Made by a program: the position numbers and the translations under genes
NCBI GenBank assembly: GCA_963817895.1
Contig: CAWFQB010000002.1
Coordinates: forward strand, 256,001-320,000
Length of the DNA: 64,000 nucleotides
DNA from: an uncultured Chthonomonadaceae bacterium
Lineage (GTDB): Bacteria > Armatimonadota > Chthonomonadetes > Chthonomonadales > Chthonomonadaceae
Reading direction: 5' to 3'
Notes under the pieces: model-generated
What the model was told of the DNA's origin: nothing
What the model saw: the letters and a program-made list of their open reading frames with translations, nothing else
The model's database searches: none
In this document: piece by piece, positions 42,004-53,255 of the stretch
How positions within the stretch are numbered: position 1 is the stretch's first letter
How the letters are laid out: every line of letters starts with the position of its first letter

Positions 42004-42501
42004 TCACTCGGTAATATCTCGCCACTGACTGAACAAAGCCGCCTGTCCGTATGGCTGTTGGTTTTCATCCGTCAGCGTCCATACAGTCGCGTTTTCGATC
42101 CAGAAACGCCGCCCGTTCTTGGCGATGCGAACGCCCCTGTAATCATCAATATACCCCTGCGCCCGAACCTTCTCGAACAGTCGGGCGCGTTCCGGCTGGT
42201 GCAGAGGTTCCGCAGACAGGCGCGATTGCAGGCGCGTAAACTCCTCCCATGGCATTGAAAACAATTGCAAAGCCGTCTGGTTGCCGTAGTTGAAGACAGG
42301 TTCCTCGCCCCCGGGAGCGGCATTGTGCGAAACAAGCGCAAAGGGAGCCGTCCAGATTTGCCGCGCCTGCTCGTGGGGCGGCAGCGTGGAATCAATCCCC
42401 ATTACGTCGCGTCCCAACAATTGGCGGTAGCTGTTCAGCATCCGCGTAATGTGCGGCGCAAGCCATCCATTTGCCTCGGACGGTTCCTCCCATTGAAACA
42501 T
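42004..42501 (-). CDS. MEKHLA domain protein
   Basis: Motifs APFALVSH, PVFNYGN, SRLSAE, YRGVRI and GQAALF. Confidence 0.88.
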   Translation of the reverse strand: MFQWEEPSEANGWLAPHITRMLNSYRQLLGRDVMGIDSTLPPHEQARQIWTAPFALVSHNAAPGGEEPVFNYGNQTALQLFSMPWEEFTRLQSRLSAEPLHQPERARLFEKVRAQGYIDDYRGVRIAKNGRRFWIENATVWTLTDENQQPYGQAALFSQWRDITE

Positions 42502-42598
42502 CGTAACAATTCCCCTGTCAGGTACAATAGAAGCACATAGGTTTGCCGCAGAAGCGCGCAAGTTTGTCGTTTTCACCAGTATACGAAAGACCAAGATT

Positions 42599-43984
42599 AT
42601 GATTACCCGCATCGAAATTGACGGCTTTAAGACATTTCAGAATTTCGCCGTAGACCTCGCGCCTTTTCAGGTCATCATCGGCGCGAACGGCTGCGGCAAA
42701 AGCAACTTCTTCGACGCGCTCGACCTGCTTTCCAAACTCGCAACTTCAGACGCGCGAACTGCCTTCAAAAGCATACGGGGTGATATAAACGAACTGTTCA
42801 CCATTCTTCCCGATAACCAATCCACCAAGCGAATGCGCTTTGTTGTTGAAATGATTGTCAACACTCCAGTGTCAGACGAACTCAACCAAGAGAGCAACCT
42901 GCAATTTTTCCAAATGCGGTACGAAATAGAGGTTCGACAACACACTACACAAGATGGCCTTGAACAGTTATATATTCATGAGGAACGTTTGTTAGGAAAA
43001 TCTATATCCATTAAGGATTGGCAACTTCGCCATACCTTTAACTTTCAAGATGAAACGCGCTTTGAGGAAAATAGTATTTCCGAATGGCTGCGAATACAGA
43101 ATGTTCCTTTCAAATTCATACGCAATGCTAAATTGAATAACATCAAGTGGTTAGTTGATGCGAACGTCTCGCTCAACGTAGAAGGTTTTATAGCAAAGTC
43201 ATTACTTAATTCCCATGGCGACCTTACTCCTGCTTCAAAGGCTGTACAGCAAGAACTACAAAGCCTTCGTCTGTTACGTCTTGACACTCAGGTGTTGCGC
43301 AAACAGAGTAGTTTTGTAGATGAACCTTTCATGTCAAATGAAGGGGGGAATCTTCCTGCTGTTTTGGCGCGGATGCAGATGCAAGATAAACTTTCGCTCA
43401 AAGATGTTTCTCGGGATGTTTTCAACATCGTGCCTAACTTTGAAAACATCGAAGTGGACAGAGATGAGGGGCGCAAACTGATTTCGCTTTACGCCAATAT
43501 GCGGGATAAACGACGCTTCTCCATCAATGCGCTGTCAGAGGGTACACTGCGCATACTGGCTCTTGCGACCCTGCGTAACGATCCGCAGTTGCAGGGAACG
43601 CTATGCTTTGAAGACCCGGAAATGGGCGTTCATCCCGGCGCGCTCAAGCGTATTGTGAAACTTTTGCGTGAAATGTCAACCGACCTGAATGATCCTGAAG
43701 ATTTAGAATTCCCGCTGCGTCAGGTACTCGTAACAACACACTCCCCGGAACTCGTCAGCCATCTGAAAGTCGCGGCGGGTGAACTGCTGTTTGCTGTGAT
43801 GCCTACGCGCTTGGTGCCGGGGGAGGCAGACCGGCAGGTGACGCTGATAATGCCTGTTGGACAGGATGTAGAAGGGGATAAAGCCGCCAAATCTTATACG
43901 CTCAATCAAGTCTTCAAATACTTGAACAACGCGGATTATCAGGCTATGCGAGACAATCTGCGGAAGGCGGCGTTTAATGGCTGA
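42599..43984 (+). CDS. ABC/AAA_21-type ATPase
   Basis: Walker A GANGCGKS, signature LSEGT, Walker B-like FEDPEMGVHP and H-loop TTHSP. Confidence 0.88.
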   Translation: MITRIEIDGFKTFQNFAVDLAPFQVIIGANGCGKSNFFDALDLLSKLATSDARTAFKSIRGDINELFTILPDNQSTKRMRFVVEMIVNTPVSDELNQESNLQFFQMRYEIEVRQHTTQDGLEQLYIHEERLLGKSISIKDWQLRHTFNFQDETRFEENSISEWLRIQNVPFKFIRNAKLNNIKWLVDANVSLNVEGFIAKSLLNSHGDLTPASKAVQQELQSLRLLRLDTQVLRKQSSFVDEPFMSNEGGNLPAVLARMQMQDKLSLKDVSRDVFNIVPNFENIEVDRDEGRKLISLYANMRDKRRFSINALSEGTLRILALATLRNDPQLQGTLCFEDPEMGVHPGALKRIVKLLREMSTDLNDPEDLEFPLRQVLVTTHSPELVSHLKVAAGELLFAVMPTRLVPGEADRQVTLIMPVGQDVEGDKAAKSYTLNQVFKYLNNADYQAMRDNLRKAAFNG

Positions 43985-44666
43985 CTTGCCTCTCCGACTC
44001 GCCCTCTTTTATGAAGGGAACTCGGACCGCCATTTCCTGCCAACGCTGATATATCGTACTGTAGATAAAATTCGTAAGGGCCGGACACCCTATGAATTAG
44101 ATATTTACGACGTAGAGGTTGTAAATGAGTGGAGTGGGCTACCGTCTTTATCAGGAGCGTACCGAAATCGCGTTCTGGAAGGGGCGCGGCGGGCGTTCGG
44201 ATACGATGCGCTGGTCATTCATCGGGATGCGGATAGTTCGGGACGTAATGCCGCTCTGGATCGCTACATAGAACCCGCAAAGGCGCTTGTAAACGGCAGT
44301 CAGGAGGCGGTCTGCAAAACCCTGATACCAATTATTCCCATTCGCAGCATCGAAGCATGGATGCTTGCCGACGCGAATGCCCTGCACACTGTCACGGAAA
44401 CAAACATACGCCCGGAACAGTTAGGGCTTCCCGCAACGCCGCAACAGGTAGAAAGCGTTCATAAACCTAAAGACGCTTTACGACAGGCGATTGAAACGGC
44501 GCGGGGCAGCAGGCGGCGCGGACGGCGGGAAATGGACATCAACGATTTATACGCCGACCTTGCGCAGCAGATCAACTTATCCCTGCTGGAACAGGTTCCC
44601 TCCTACAAGCAATTCTGTGAAGACGTAGAGCAGACACTTATCCAACTGAATAAAATCACCCCTTGA
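43977..44666 (+). CDS. DUF4276/TOPRIM-like protein
   Basis: Motifs EGNSD, HRDAD, IEAWMLAD, KPK and VPSY..F. Overlaps the ATPase stop. Confidence 0.75.
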   Translation: MADLPLRLALFYEGNSDRHFLPTLIYRTVDKIRKGRTPYELDIYDVEVVNEWSGLPSLSGAYRNRVLEGARRAFGYDALVIHRDADSSGRNAALDRYIEPAKALVNGSQEAVCKTLIPIIPIRSIEAWMLADANALHTVTETNIRPEQLGLPATPQQVESVHKPKDALRQAIETARGSRRRGRREMDINDLYADLAQQINLSLLEQVPSYKQFCEDVEQTLIQLNKITP

Positions 44667-44685
44667 TGCCACGCGAGAACTTTCT

Positions 44686-45612
44686 ATGACAAACGACAAT
44701 CGGGAAGACAACGCTATTTTTGAATCGTTGCGGAACGTCGGGCTGAGTGAAAACGCGCGGCTTCATTCGACGGGAATTGCCGCGCATCAACAGCGATTGG
44801 AAGCCGGACAGGTGAGCGGCAAAACTCTGGCTCGGTATGCCGCTGACCTGCGCGTTATATCCGATCTGTCAAAGGCAGCAGGCGCGGATGTGCCGCTGGA
44901 TTTTTGGGACGCGCGAACTCCGGCAATGCAGGCGGTGGAATTGGATGAGTACGCGCTTGTCAACGCGCTGGCGGCAAACCCCTATCGGCCCTACGTGTCG
45001 TTTCTGGCGCGTTGTTACGGGCATCTCGCGGCCTTCAAGCAGGACGCGCAGACAACGGCGGTTGCCACAATCCTGAACCTGCTGCGTGAAAGCGTCCTTT
45101 ATGTACAGGGCGAACACCCGCGCCCCATGACCACGCTGCGCCCCCGTCTTTCGCCCGAACAGCAGGCGATTTTCCTCTGGCAGCAGGTCACGACGGGAAC
45201 CAACCGACAGGTTCCCTACCTCCATCGGGACGCTTATACCCACTCCTACTGGGGCCGTTTCAATGTCGTGGAGATGTGGCACTACCACCTCAACAACGAG
45301 ATCGGCGTGGACGCCACATGGGGTTTGTCCGGCTTCCATCCAGATTATGTCCGCGACCCCGCCAACACCAACCAGATTGAACATGCCGTCATCAGCGCCC
45401 TGTCGCAAAAAATTCTGCGCATGCCCCTGTTCGCCCTCAACGCGCTGGAAGACGCGCAATGGGTGATGCGCGAGTCCAGCCTGGAATCCGCCCGCGCTGA
45501 CCAGTCCGTGAACCGCGCCGTTGCCCGCCACTTCCTGCCCCTGTTCACCCTGCAAAACGCGCAAGCCGCCTGTGATAGTCTTGAACATGCTCTTTCGCGC
45601 CCTCCCCGCTAA
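44686..45612 (+). CDS. Hypothetical protein
   Basis: 308 aa ORF with host-like codon usage; no recognised family. Confidence 0.6.
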   Translation: MTNDNREDNAIFESLRNVGLSENARLHSTGIAAHQQRLEAGQVSGKTLARYAADLRVISDLSKAAGADVPLDFWDARTPAMQAVELDEYALVNALAANPYRPYVSFLARCYGHLAAFKQDAQTTAVATILNLLRESVLYVQGEHPRPMTTLRPRLSPEQQAIFLWQQVTTGTNRQVPYLHRDAYTHSYWGRFNVVEMWHYHLNNEIGVDATWGLSGFHPDYVRDPANTNQIEHAVISALSQKILRMPLFALNALEDAQWVMRESSLESARADQSVNRAVARHFLPLFTLQNAQAACDSLEHALSRPPR

Positions 45613-45675
45613 CCTCAGGTTCTGCAACCTTTTTCCTGTCATAAATGTCCATAGCAAAGGCAATGATTTCAATTT

Positions 45676-45825
45676 GCCGGGTGTTGAAAACCTGTTTGAA
45701 TGTGGCGTTCCGCGTAGGCACAAACATGTTATGTGCCTACGGACGCGAGAGACTGTAAACAAAGAATTGCGTCCGTAGGACGCTTGGCCGCAGGCCATGT
45801 AGACAGGGGTTTTCAACCCCTGGCG
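45676..45825. repeat. REP-like palindrome family A, second copy
   Basis: CCTACGGACGC...GCGTCCGTAGGACGCTTGG plus the hairpin CAGGGGTTTTCAACCCCTG. Confidence 0.75.
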
Positions 45826-45830
45826 CAAAC

Positions 45831-48625
45831 ATGTCCGGGGAGTACACTTCTATCGAACCTGAACTTTCTAACGAATCGCTTGTTGAAACCGCCTCTGCTG
45901 TGCCTCCCTACGCTATTGAACTGCCCGATTTCTGCGTGGTCGTCTTAATCGGCGTATCGGGAAGCGGCAAAAGCACGTTTGCGCGTCGGCACTTTCTGCC
46001 GAGTGAAGTGTTTTCTTCGGATGCGTTCCGCGCCCTTGTCAGCGACGACGAAAACGATCAGGGCGCCACTCGCGACGCTTTTGCCGCGTTGCACTATCTG
46101 GCCGACATTCGTCTGCGGCGGCGTAAACTGGTCGTGATTGACGCTACCAATGTACAGGCAGAATCGCGCAAGCCCCTGCTGGAACTGGCTGCCGCGCATG
46201 ACTGCCTGTGCGTCGCGCTTGTGCTGGATGTGCCGGAGCGGGTTTGTCAGGAGCGCAACCGCCTGCGCCCGGATCGGCAGTTCGGCCCGCATGTCGTCGC
46301 CAATCAGCACCGCCAGTTCCGCCAATCATTGCGCAATCTGAAGCGCGAAGGGTTTCGCTACGTCCACATTCTTGCCCCGCCGCAGATCGAAACCGCGCAA
46401 ATGACCCGCGTACCCCTGTGGACGGACCGGCGAACCGAACACGGCCCGTTCGACATCATTGGCGACGTACACGGCTGCTATGACGAACTGACCCAATTGC
46501 TGACCCAACTCGGCTACAAGCCCACCCCGGACACAACAGACGTTCCAATGAATGAAGAACCGAACGCAGGAACGCCGCAAACAGAAACCCCATTCGCAAG
46601 CGGCGTATGGCGGCATCCCGAAGCGCGGCGCGTTATCTTTCTCGGCGATCTCGTGGATCGCGGGCCGAAAGTGGTGGAAGCGGTCAACCTTGTACGAAAT
46701 ATGGTACGGGCGGGAACAGCTCTGTGCGTCCCCGGCAACCACGACAACAAACTGATGCGCGCGTTAAAAGGAAACCGTGTACAGGTGTCACACGGATTGA
46801 CCGAAAGTTTGGAACAGATCGAGAAACTGCCCACAGCCGAACAAGCCGCGTTCAAGCGGGATTATATTGCCTTCGCGGACGCGCTTGTCTCGCATTTGTG
46901 GCTGGACGAGGGCACCCTCTGCGTGGCTCACGCGGGCATGAAGGAGGCGTATATCGGGCGGGCGTCCGGGCGGGTACGCGAATTTGCTTTGTACGGCGAT
47001 ACAACCGGCGAAACAGATGAGTTCGGCATGCCCATCCGCTACCCGTGGGCGCAGGAATACCGGGGCCGAACATCTGTCATTTACGGCCACACGCCCATTC
47101 CTCAACCCGAATGGCTCAACAACACCCTCAATCTGGACACCGGCTGCGTGTTCGGCGGCAAACTCACCGCCCTACGCTGGCCCGAACGCGAACTGGTACA
47201 GGTAGACGCGCTGGCGATGTATGCGGAACCTGTCAATAGAAAAGAAGAAAAGGAGAAAAGGAGAAGAGGAGAAGAGGAGATTCTGGGAACAGGAGAGGAG
47301 TCCCTATCAACTATCAACCATCAACTACCGGCTGACTCATCCTTCATCCTTCATCCTTCATCCTTGTCCTTGCAGTGGCAGCACGACGAACTGTTGCGGG
47401 CGGAAGACGTGCTGGGCAAGCGGGTAGTGGAAACGCGGCTGCTGTCGCATGTCGTCATTCCCGCCGCCAATGCCGCAGCCGCGCTGGAAGTGATGAGCCG
47501 GTTCGCGCTGGAACCGCGCTGGCTGCCGTATCTGCCGCCTACCATGTCGCCGTGCGAAACCGCGCCGAGGGTTTGTATCTGGAGCGTCCACAGGAGGCGT
47601 TCGCGTACTATCGCAGTCAGGGCGTTGCGCAGGTGATATGTCAGCGCAAGCACATGGGCAGTCGGGCTATCGTGGTTGTGTGCCGGGATGAGATGTCGCC
47701 CGGCTGCGATTCGGCGCGACGGACGGCACAACGGGAGTCTGCTACACGCGCACCGGGCGGCAATTCTTTGACAATGCCGATTGGAACACAACCCTGCTTG
47801 CCGAAGTCAACCGCGCGTTGACCGGGGCGGGCTTCTGGGAGGAGTTTGCTACCGATTGGGTATGTCTGGATTGCGAACTGATGCCATGGAACGCCAAAGC
47901 GCAGGGATTATTGCGCGAACAGTACGCGCCTGTCGGCGCGGCGGCGAAACTCTCCTTGCGGCAGGCAGTGGAAACAGCGGAACAGGGCGCGAGCGCGCGG
48001 GCTGGATTTGAACGAACTGGTCACGACCCTGCAGGGGAGGCAGGAAGACGTTGTTCGCTACACTGCCGCTTATGGACACTATTGCTGGAATGTGGCGGGC
48101 GTTGCGGATTTGCGGCTGGCCCCGTTTCATCTGCTGGCAACGGAGGGCCGAACCTATTTCGACCGGACGCATACATGGCATGTGGAAACGCTTGCCCGTC
48201 TTGCCGCGCATAGCGATCTGTTCACGCCAACGGAAACGCGCGTTGTCGAACTTGACGACGAAACTTCCCAACGCGAAGCCACAGATTGGTGGGAGGAACT
48301 GACGGGCGCGGGCGGCGAAGGCATGGTGGTGAAGCCGCAGGACTGGATCGCGCGCGGCCCGAAAGGACTGGCGCAGCCCGCGGTAAAAGTGCGCGGGCGC
48401 GAGTACCTGCGCATCATCTACGGCCCGGAATACACGGAACCCGCCAACCTGATTCGCCTGCGGCAGCGCGGATTGGGAACCAAGCGCAGCCTCGCCATGC
48501 GCGAATTCTCCCTCGGCGTGGAGGGATTGGAACGGTTCGTCCGGCGCGAACCCCTGCGTCGGGTTCACGAGTGCGTGTTCGGCGTCCTCGCGCTGGAAAG
48601 CGAACCGGTTGATCCACGCCTCTGA
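45831..48625 (+). CDS. Bacterial polynucleotide kinase-phosphatase (Pnkp: kinase, metallophosphatase, ligase/adenylyltransferase; frameshifted)
   Basis: Kinase: GVSGSGKS, DATN. Phosphatase: GDVHG, GDLVDRG, GNHD, YGHTP. Ligase: KHMGSR, EGMVVKP, KVRGREYLRIIYG, SEPVDPRL. Confidence 0.92.
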
Positions 48626-48733
48626 TACAGGAGAAAGGAGAAAGGAGAAAGGAAAAAGCCTCCGCCCAACAAGAACCCCCTTCTCCCAGGCTTTTTGGGA
48701 GAAGGGGGCAGGGGGTTGAGGGCTACTAAAGGT

Positions 48734-49465
48734 CTATTTTGTATCCTCTTTCCACAGCGCCACAATTTGCGGGTGGAGGATAGCCGTCCATTCCGTGTAG
48801 CCTTTGGCGTTGAGATGCAGGCCATCCGCACGCAGGATTTCGGGCTGCGGCTTGCCCTCCGCGCTGAGAAAGCGGGCGTGGGAGTCCAGATAGGTCAATT
48901 TCAACGGCTTGGAAGCGGCATCCTGAATATAATCATGTATCAGGCGGTTCGCTTCCAAAATTTTGGCCTCCTGTTTCCAGCGGGCCACGCTCGGATTGAT
49001 GGAGATATAAACAATGCGCGTGTCGGGCAGCGCGGCATGCGCCTTGTTGACAAACGCCTGAAAATCCTTCAAGACCTGCATTGGCGACTTGCCGTTGCTG
49101 ATGTCGTTTGTACCCGCGTACAGGACAATCATCTTCGGCTTGTAGGGGATGGCGATACGATCCGCGTAGCGTACGCTATCCGCAATCTCCGAACCGCCAA
49201 AGCCGCGATTCAGGACGGGGAGTTCAGGAAAATCCTGCGCCACAGTCGTCCAGAAACGGATGCTCGAACTGCCGATAAACAGTACGCCCCCCGGCATGGG
49301 CGGGTTCTTCTTGTCCGCCGCCTCGAAAGCCAGTATTTCCGACTCGAATGGCGCTTTTGCCTGCGTTGGCGCGGCTGCCGGGGACGCGGGAGCGACAACT
49401 CCCTGTCCCAACACCGGTAAGGCCAGCGCCATCCCTATCAGACTGCATATAACGGTTGATTTCAT
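48734..49465 (-). CDS. Secreted SGNH/GDSL hydrolase
   Basis: Motifs GSSS, NRGFGGS, GTND and DGLH. Confidence 0.88.
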   Translation of the reverse strand: MKSTVICSLIGMALALPVLGQGVVAPASPAAAPTQAKAPFESEILAFEAADKKNPPMPGGVLFIGSSSIRFWTTVAQDFPELPVLNRGFGGSEIADSVRYADRIAIPYKPKMIVLYAGTNDISNGKSPMQVLKDFQAFVNKAHAALPDTRIVYISINPSVARWKQEAKILEANRLIHDYIQDAASKPLKLTYLDSHARFLSAEGKPQPEILRADGLHLNAKGYTEWTAILHPQIVALWKEDTK

Positions 49466-49486
49466 CCTTTTTCCTCCAACTATCAA

Positions 49487-50122
49487 CTATTTCGTTTCCC
49501 GCGTCCCGTCCTTGTACGGGTACATCCGCTCAAGCACTCTGGGAAGTTCGTTATTCACGAAGTCGCGGGAATCAATGTTCTCAAAAAATGGGGCTGTCTT
49601 TTCCGCGAGAACCAGATGCGCGAGGCCATGCAGCGTAGACAAAGCGCAGAAGGTGTCGGCAGCATCCTCGAACCGACTCAGGTCTACATCCGGCCTGCCG
49701 TGATAGGCGGCAATCGCAAGACTGAGACGCATGCCGGGCTTGATGCTGACTTCGGGATAGCGGGAATCCATCCGGTTCACGAGATCATTCCGAAACATCA
49801 GACGGAAGTGGCCGGGGTGGTCAACAGCAAAGGTGACAAACGCGAGACTCAGGGCGCGCGCGTCCGCAACGACATCGTCCGAATGTCCCGCTTCCTCAAT
49901 GTACTGACCAGCCCTTTCAAACGCCAAAAGAGCCACTTCGGTAAGCAGTCCCTTCGCGCTCCCGAAGTGATGCGCCGGAGCGGCCGGAGACACGCCCGCG
50001 CGCTGCGCGGCGGCGCGAAGCGAGAAAGCTTCAATGCCGCCCTCGGCGATAATAGCATCCGCCGCTTGAATCAGGGCCGCGCGCAGGTCGCCGTGATGGT
50101 AGGTTGATCTTTCCTTAGGCAT
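49487..50122 (-). CDS. TetR-family regulator
   Basis: YHHGDLRAAL...SLRAAAQRAGVSPAAPAHHF. Confidence 0.9.
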   Translation of the reverse strand: MPKERSTYHHGDLRAALIQAADAIIAEGGIEAFSLRAAAQRAGVSPAAPAHHFGSAKGLLTEVALLAFERAGQYIEEAGHSDDVVADARALSLAFVTFAVDHPGHFRLMFRNDLVNRMDSRYPEVSIKPGMRLSLAIAAYHGRPDVDLSRFEDAADTFCALSTLHGLAHLVLAEKTAPFFENIDSRDFVNNELPRVLERMYPYKDGTRETK

Positions 50123-50130
50123 TTGGCAAC

Positions 50131-50172
50131 TTTATCTTGACAGTGTTCATATTTATCTTGACACTGTTCAAA
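50131..50172. promoter_or_regulatory. Tandem 21-bp repeats containing TTGACA; probable TetR operators
   Basis: TTTATCTTGACAGTGTTCATA then TTTATCTTGACACTGTTCAAA, between divergent tetR and SDR. Confidence 0.65.
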
Positions 50173-50261
50173 TAGGCGGGTATACTTGGCGTGAGTGAAC
50201 CTGATAGTACCACATTATCACGCGCTCGAACTCACTGCCCTGAACAGATACGGAGAATCAC

Positions 50262-51092
50262 ATGGATAGCAAAGTATGGTTTATCACCGGCGCGTCTCGC
50301 GGTTTTGGGCGCATCTGGGCCGAAGCCGCGCTCCTGCGAGGCGACAGGGTCGCGGCAACCGCCCGCAAAATGGCGGACGTGGCCGATTTGAAGGAGCGTT
50401 TCGGCGACGCCGTTCTCCCGCTGGCGCTTGATGTGACGGATGCCGATCAGGTGCGGCAGGCCGTTGAGCAGGCGCACACGCACTTCGGCAGGCTGGACGT
50501 TGTCCTCAACAACGCCGGGTACAGTCTGGTCGGCACGGTTGAGGAAGCGAGTGAGGCGGACGTCCGCGCTGAGTTTGATACAAACTACTTCGGCGCGCTT
50601 CGCGTCATTCAAGCCGCCCTGCCTCTGTTGCGGCAGCAGGGCAGCGGACACATACTCGGCGTATCGAGTACCCTGGGCCATGTGGCGTTCCCGCTCATCG
50701 GCCACTACTGCGCCTCTAAATGGGCCTTTGAGGCGCTCCACGAAAGCTTGGCGCAAGAGGTCAAGCCTTTCGGCATTGCGGTTACGCTGATCGAACCCGG
50801 CGCGTACGCGACCGAGTTTGGAAGCCCTGCGTCGCTGAAGATCGCGCCGGGCCTTGATGCCTATGCCGAGTTGCGGCAACAGGTTTTTGGGCGTCTATCG
50901 AGCGCGGAACGCGGCGAACCGGAAGCGACCGCCGAAGCCGTTCTCAAGATCGTGGACGCGGAAAATCCACCGTTGCGCCTTATGCTCGGCAACACAGGCT
51001 TGCCTGTAGTTCGCGCAGCCTATGCCGACCGTCTCGCCACCTGGGAAGCATGGGAGGCCGTCTCGAATGCCGCGCAAGGCGTATCGCGGTAG
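50262..51092 (+). CDS. SDR oxidoreductase
   Basis: Motifs WFITGASRGFG, NNAG and YCASK. Confidence 0.9.
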   Translation: MDSKVWFITGASRGFGRIWAEAALLRGDRVAATARKMADVADLKERFGDAVLPLALDVTDADQVRQAVEQAHTHFGRLDVVLNNAGYSLVGTVEEASEADVRAEFDTNYFGALRVIQAALPLLRQQGSGHILGVSSTLGHVAFPLIGHYCASKWAFEALHESLAQEVKPFGIAVTLIEPGAYATEFGSPASLKIAPGLDAYAELRQQVFGRLSSAERGEPEATAEAVLKIVDAENPPLRLMLGNTGLPVVRAAYADRLATWEAWEAVSNAAQGVSR

Positions 51093-51210
51093 ATGATGCT
51101 CTGAGAGGCGCAGGGGCGGCAGGGCTTTATCAACTTGCGCCCCTCCGTGTTGCTTCAGCCGTTTCGACTTCATGCGCGAACCTCAATAACCGTTTACATA
51201 TAGGAAGTTG

Positions 51211-53255
51211 TCACCCGGAAGACTGTTGCTCACACCACGCCAATACATCGCCGAAGCGGTAGGCTTCCCATACGCCGAACATATCGTGGCGCGTTAGTTT
51301 GGCGCGGGTGAGGGCGGGACTGGTCAGGCCGCACAGGAAGCGGGTTGTCTGGCGGTTTTCGCCCAATGCGGCAGGGTTCGCGTCGCGCAGCCGGTCAAGC
51401 ATTTCTACGTCCAGACTGGCGGGAAGGGGCGGCAGCGCGTGGGGAAGCGGCAGAGTTTGCGCTTTCCCGGTCAGGCAGTACGCGCAATGCCCGCAGGGTT
51501 CCGCCCGCTGTTCGCCAAAATAGCCGACCAGCAAATTCGTCTGGCAGCCCGCATGGGTAATCAGGTTCAGCACATCCTGTAGGCGTTTCACTTCCATCTG
51601 TTCTCGCCGGACGAACTTTTGCGTCAGTTCGGATGCCAGCGCGTCTTTATCCACGTCCGGCTTCAGCAGCGTGTAGCGTTGCCGCGCATCCGAAACCGTG
51701 AGTTCCACCAGTCCCCGCTCTTCCAGGACTTCTACAGCGCGGACAATGCGTTTGCGTTCCTGCCCCAGCGTTTCCGCCATCTCGTCGGGATTGAGCCGAT
51801 ACCACAGGGAATTTTTGGTCTTGCCCTTTTGCGCATGAGCGAATAAATCCGCCACAAGCCGCGCCGCGTCACCCTTGAACTGACCGGTAATTTCTTCTAC
51901 CGTCTGCAACGGCTTCAGCGCGTATCCGGCATAAAACGGCGTCCCCTGTCGCAAAACCCCCTCCAACTCCAGATACGTCAGCGCGGTTCGCAAAACAAGC
52001 GGGCGCAGATCGTGACGATTGGCAAGTTCGTACAGATTTACGTTCAATTCGGGTGGTTGGTATTCGGTATTCGGTGTTCGGTGTTCGGCCTCTTCTCCTT
52101 CTTCTCCTTTTCTCCTTGTCTTCTCCTACTAATTCTTCCAGCAGTGACCGAAACGCGCCTGCGTCGGGCGTGTCGCCATACGCGAAGTTTTCCAGCGTGG
52201 CAACATCGTCGGGGCAGGCGAAGAGTTCTACGGTCGAGCGCAGGTTGTCGCGGCCCGCGCGTCCGATTTCCTGACTGTAACTTTCGAGGCTTTTGGGCAG
52301 ATTGTAGTGGTACACGTAGCGGACGTTCGCCTTGTCAATGCCCATGCCGAACGCGATGGTTGCCACCACGATATGCTGTTCGCCGCCCATCCACCACTCC
52401 TGTACCTGCGTCCGCTCCTCGGCTTCCATGCCCGCGTGATAGGCGCGGGCGGCAAACCCGGCAGCCGTCAGATGTTGGGCAACCGCTTCCGCCGTTTTTT
52501 GCAGCGTCACGTACACGATGGTCGGGCCGGGTTTGCGGGATTGCAGGCGTTTGAGCAGCAGGGCGTCGCGATCTTCCAGACGAACGGGCGTGGTGGCGAG
52601 GTTGAGATTGTGGCGGTAAAAGCCGGTGACAACGGAAGCCACAGCGGGAATGGCAAACACGGCGCAAATGTCGCGCACAACCGAAGGCGTAGCCGTCGCG
52701 GTCAGGGCAAGGACGCGCTGCGCCCCCAAACTTCGCGCCGCTTCCGCCAGTTTCAGGTAGTCGGGGCGGAAATTGTGTCCCCATTCCGAAATGCAGTGCG
52801 CCTCGTCAACCGCGAACAGGGCGATAGGCGTATGGCGAATGAGATTGAGAAACCGCTCGTTGTTGAAGCGTTCCGGGGCGACATACAGCAGTTTCAATGC
52901 GCCCGAACGCATGTCATCCGAAACCTGCTGCGATTCTTGCAGCGACAGCGACGAGATCCAGCCGAGCCGCCCGGATGCCATGCCGATGCAGAAAATCAAT
53001 CTGGTCTTTCATCAGAGCGATCAGGGGCGAGACGACAAGCGTAACGCCCTCGAACATCAGGGCGGGCAGTTGGTAGCACAGCGATTTGCCGCTCCCGGTG
53101 GGAAATACGGCCAGCGCCGCGCCCTCGGATTGCAGCGCGGCAATAACGGCTTCCTGTCCCGGTCGGAACGTATCAAACCCGAAATGCTTTTTGAGCCGTT
53201 CCCCCGGCGCGAGATCAGGATTGTCTTTTTGTGGAACCGGCGGCTTTGTCTTCAT
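51211..53255 (-). CDS. recQ: RecQ-family helicase (frameshifted)
   Basis: Motifs [48 protein letters not shown] and the Zn motif CGHCAYC. Confidence 0.9.
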
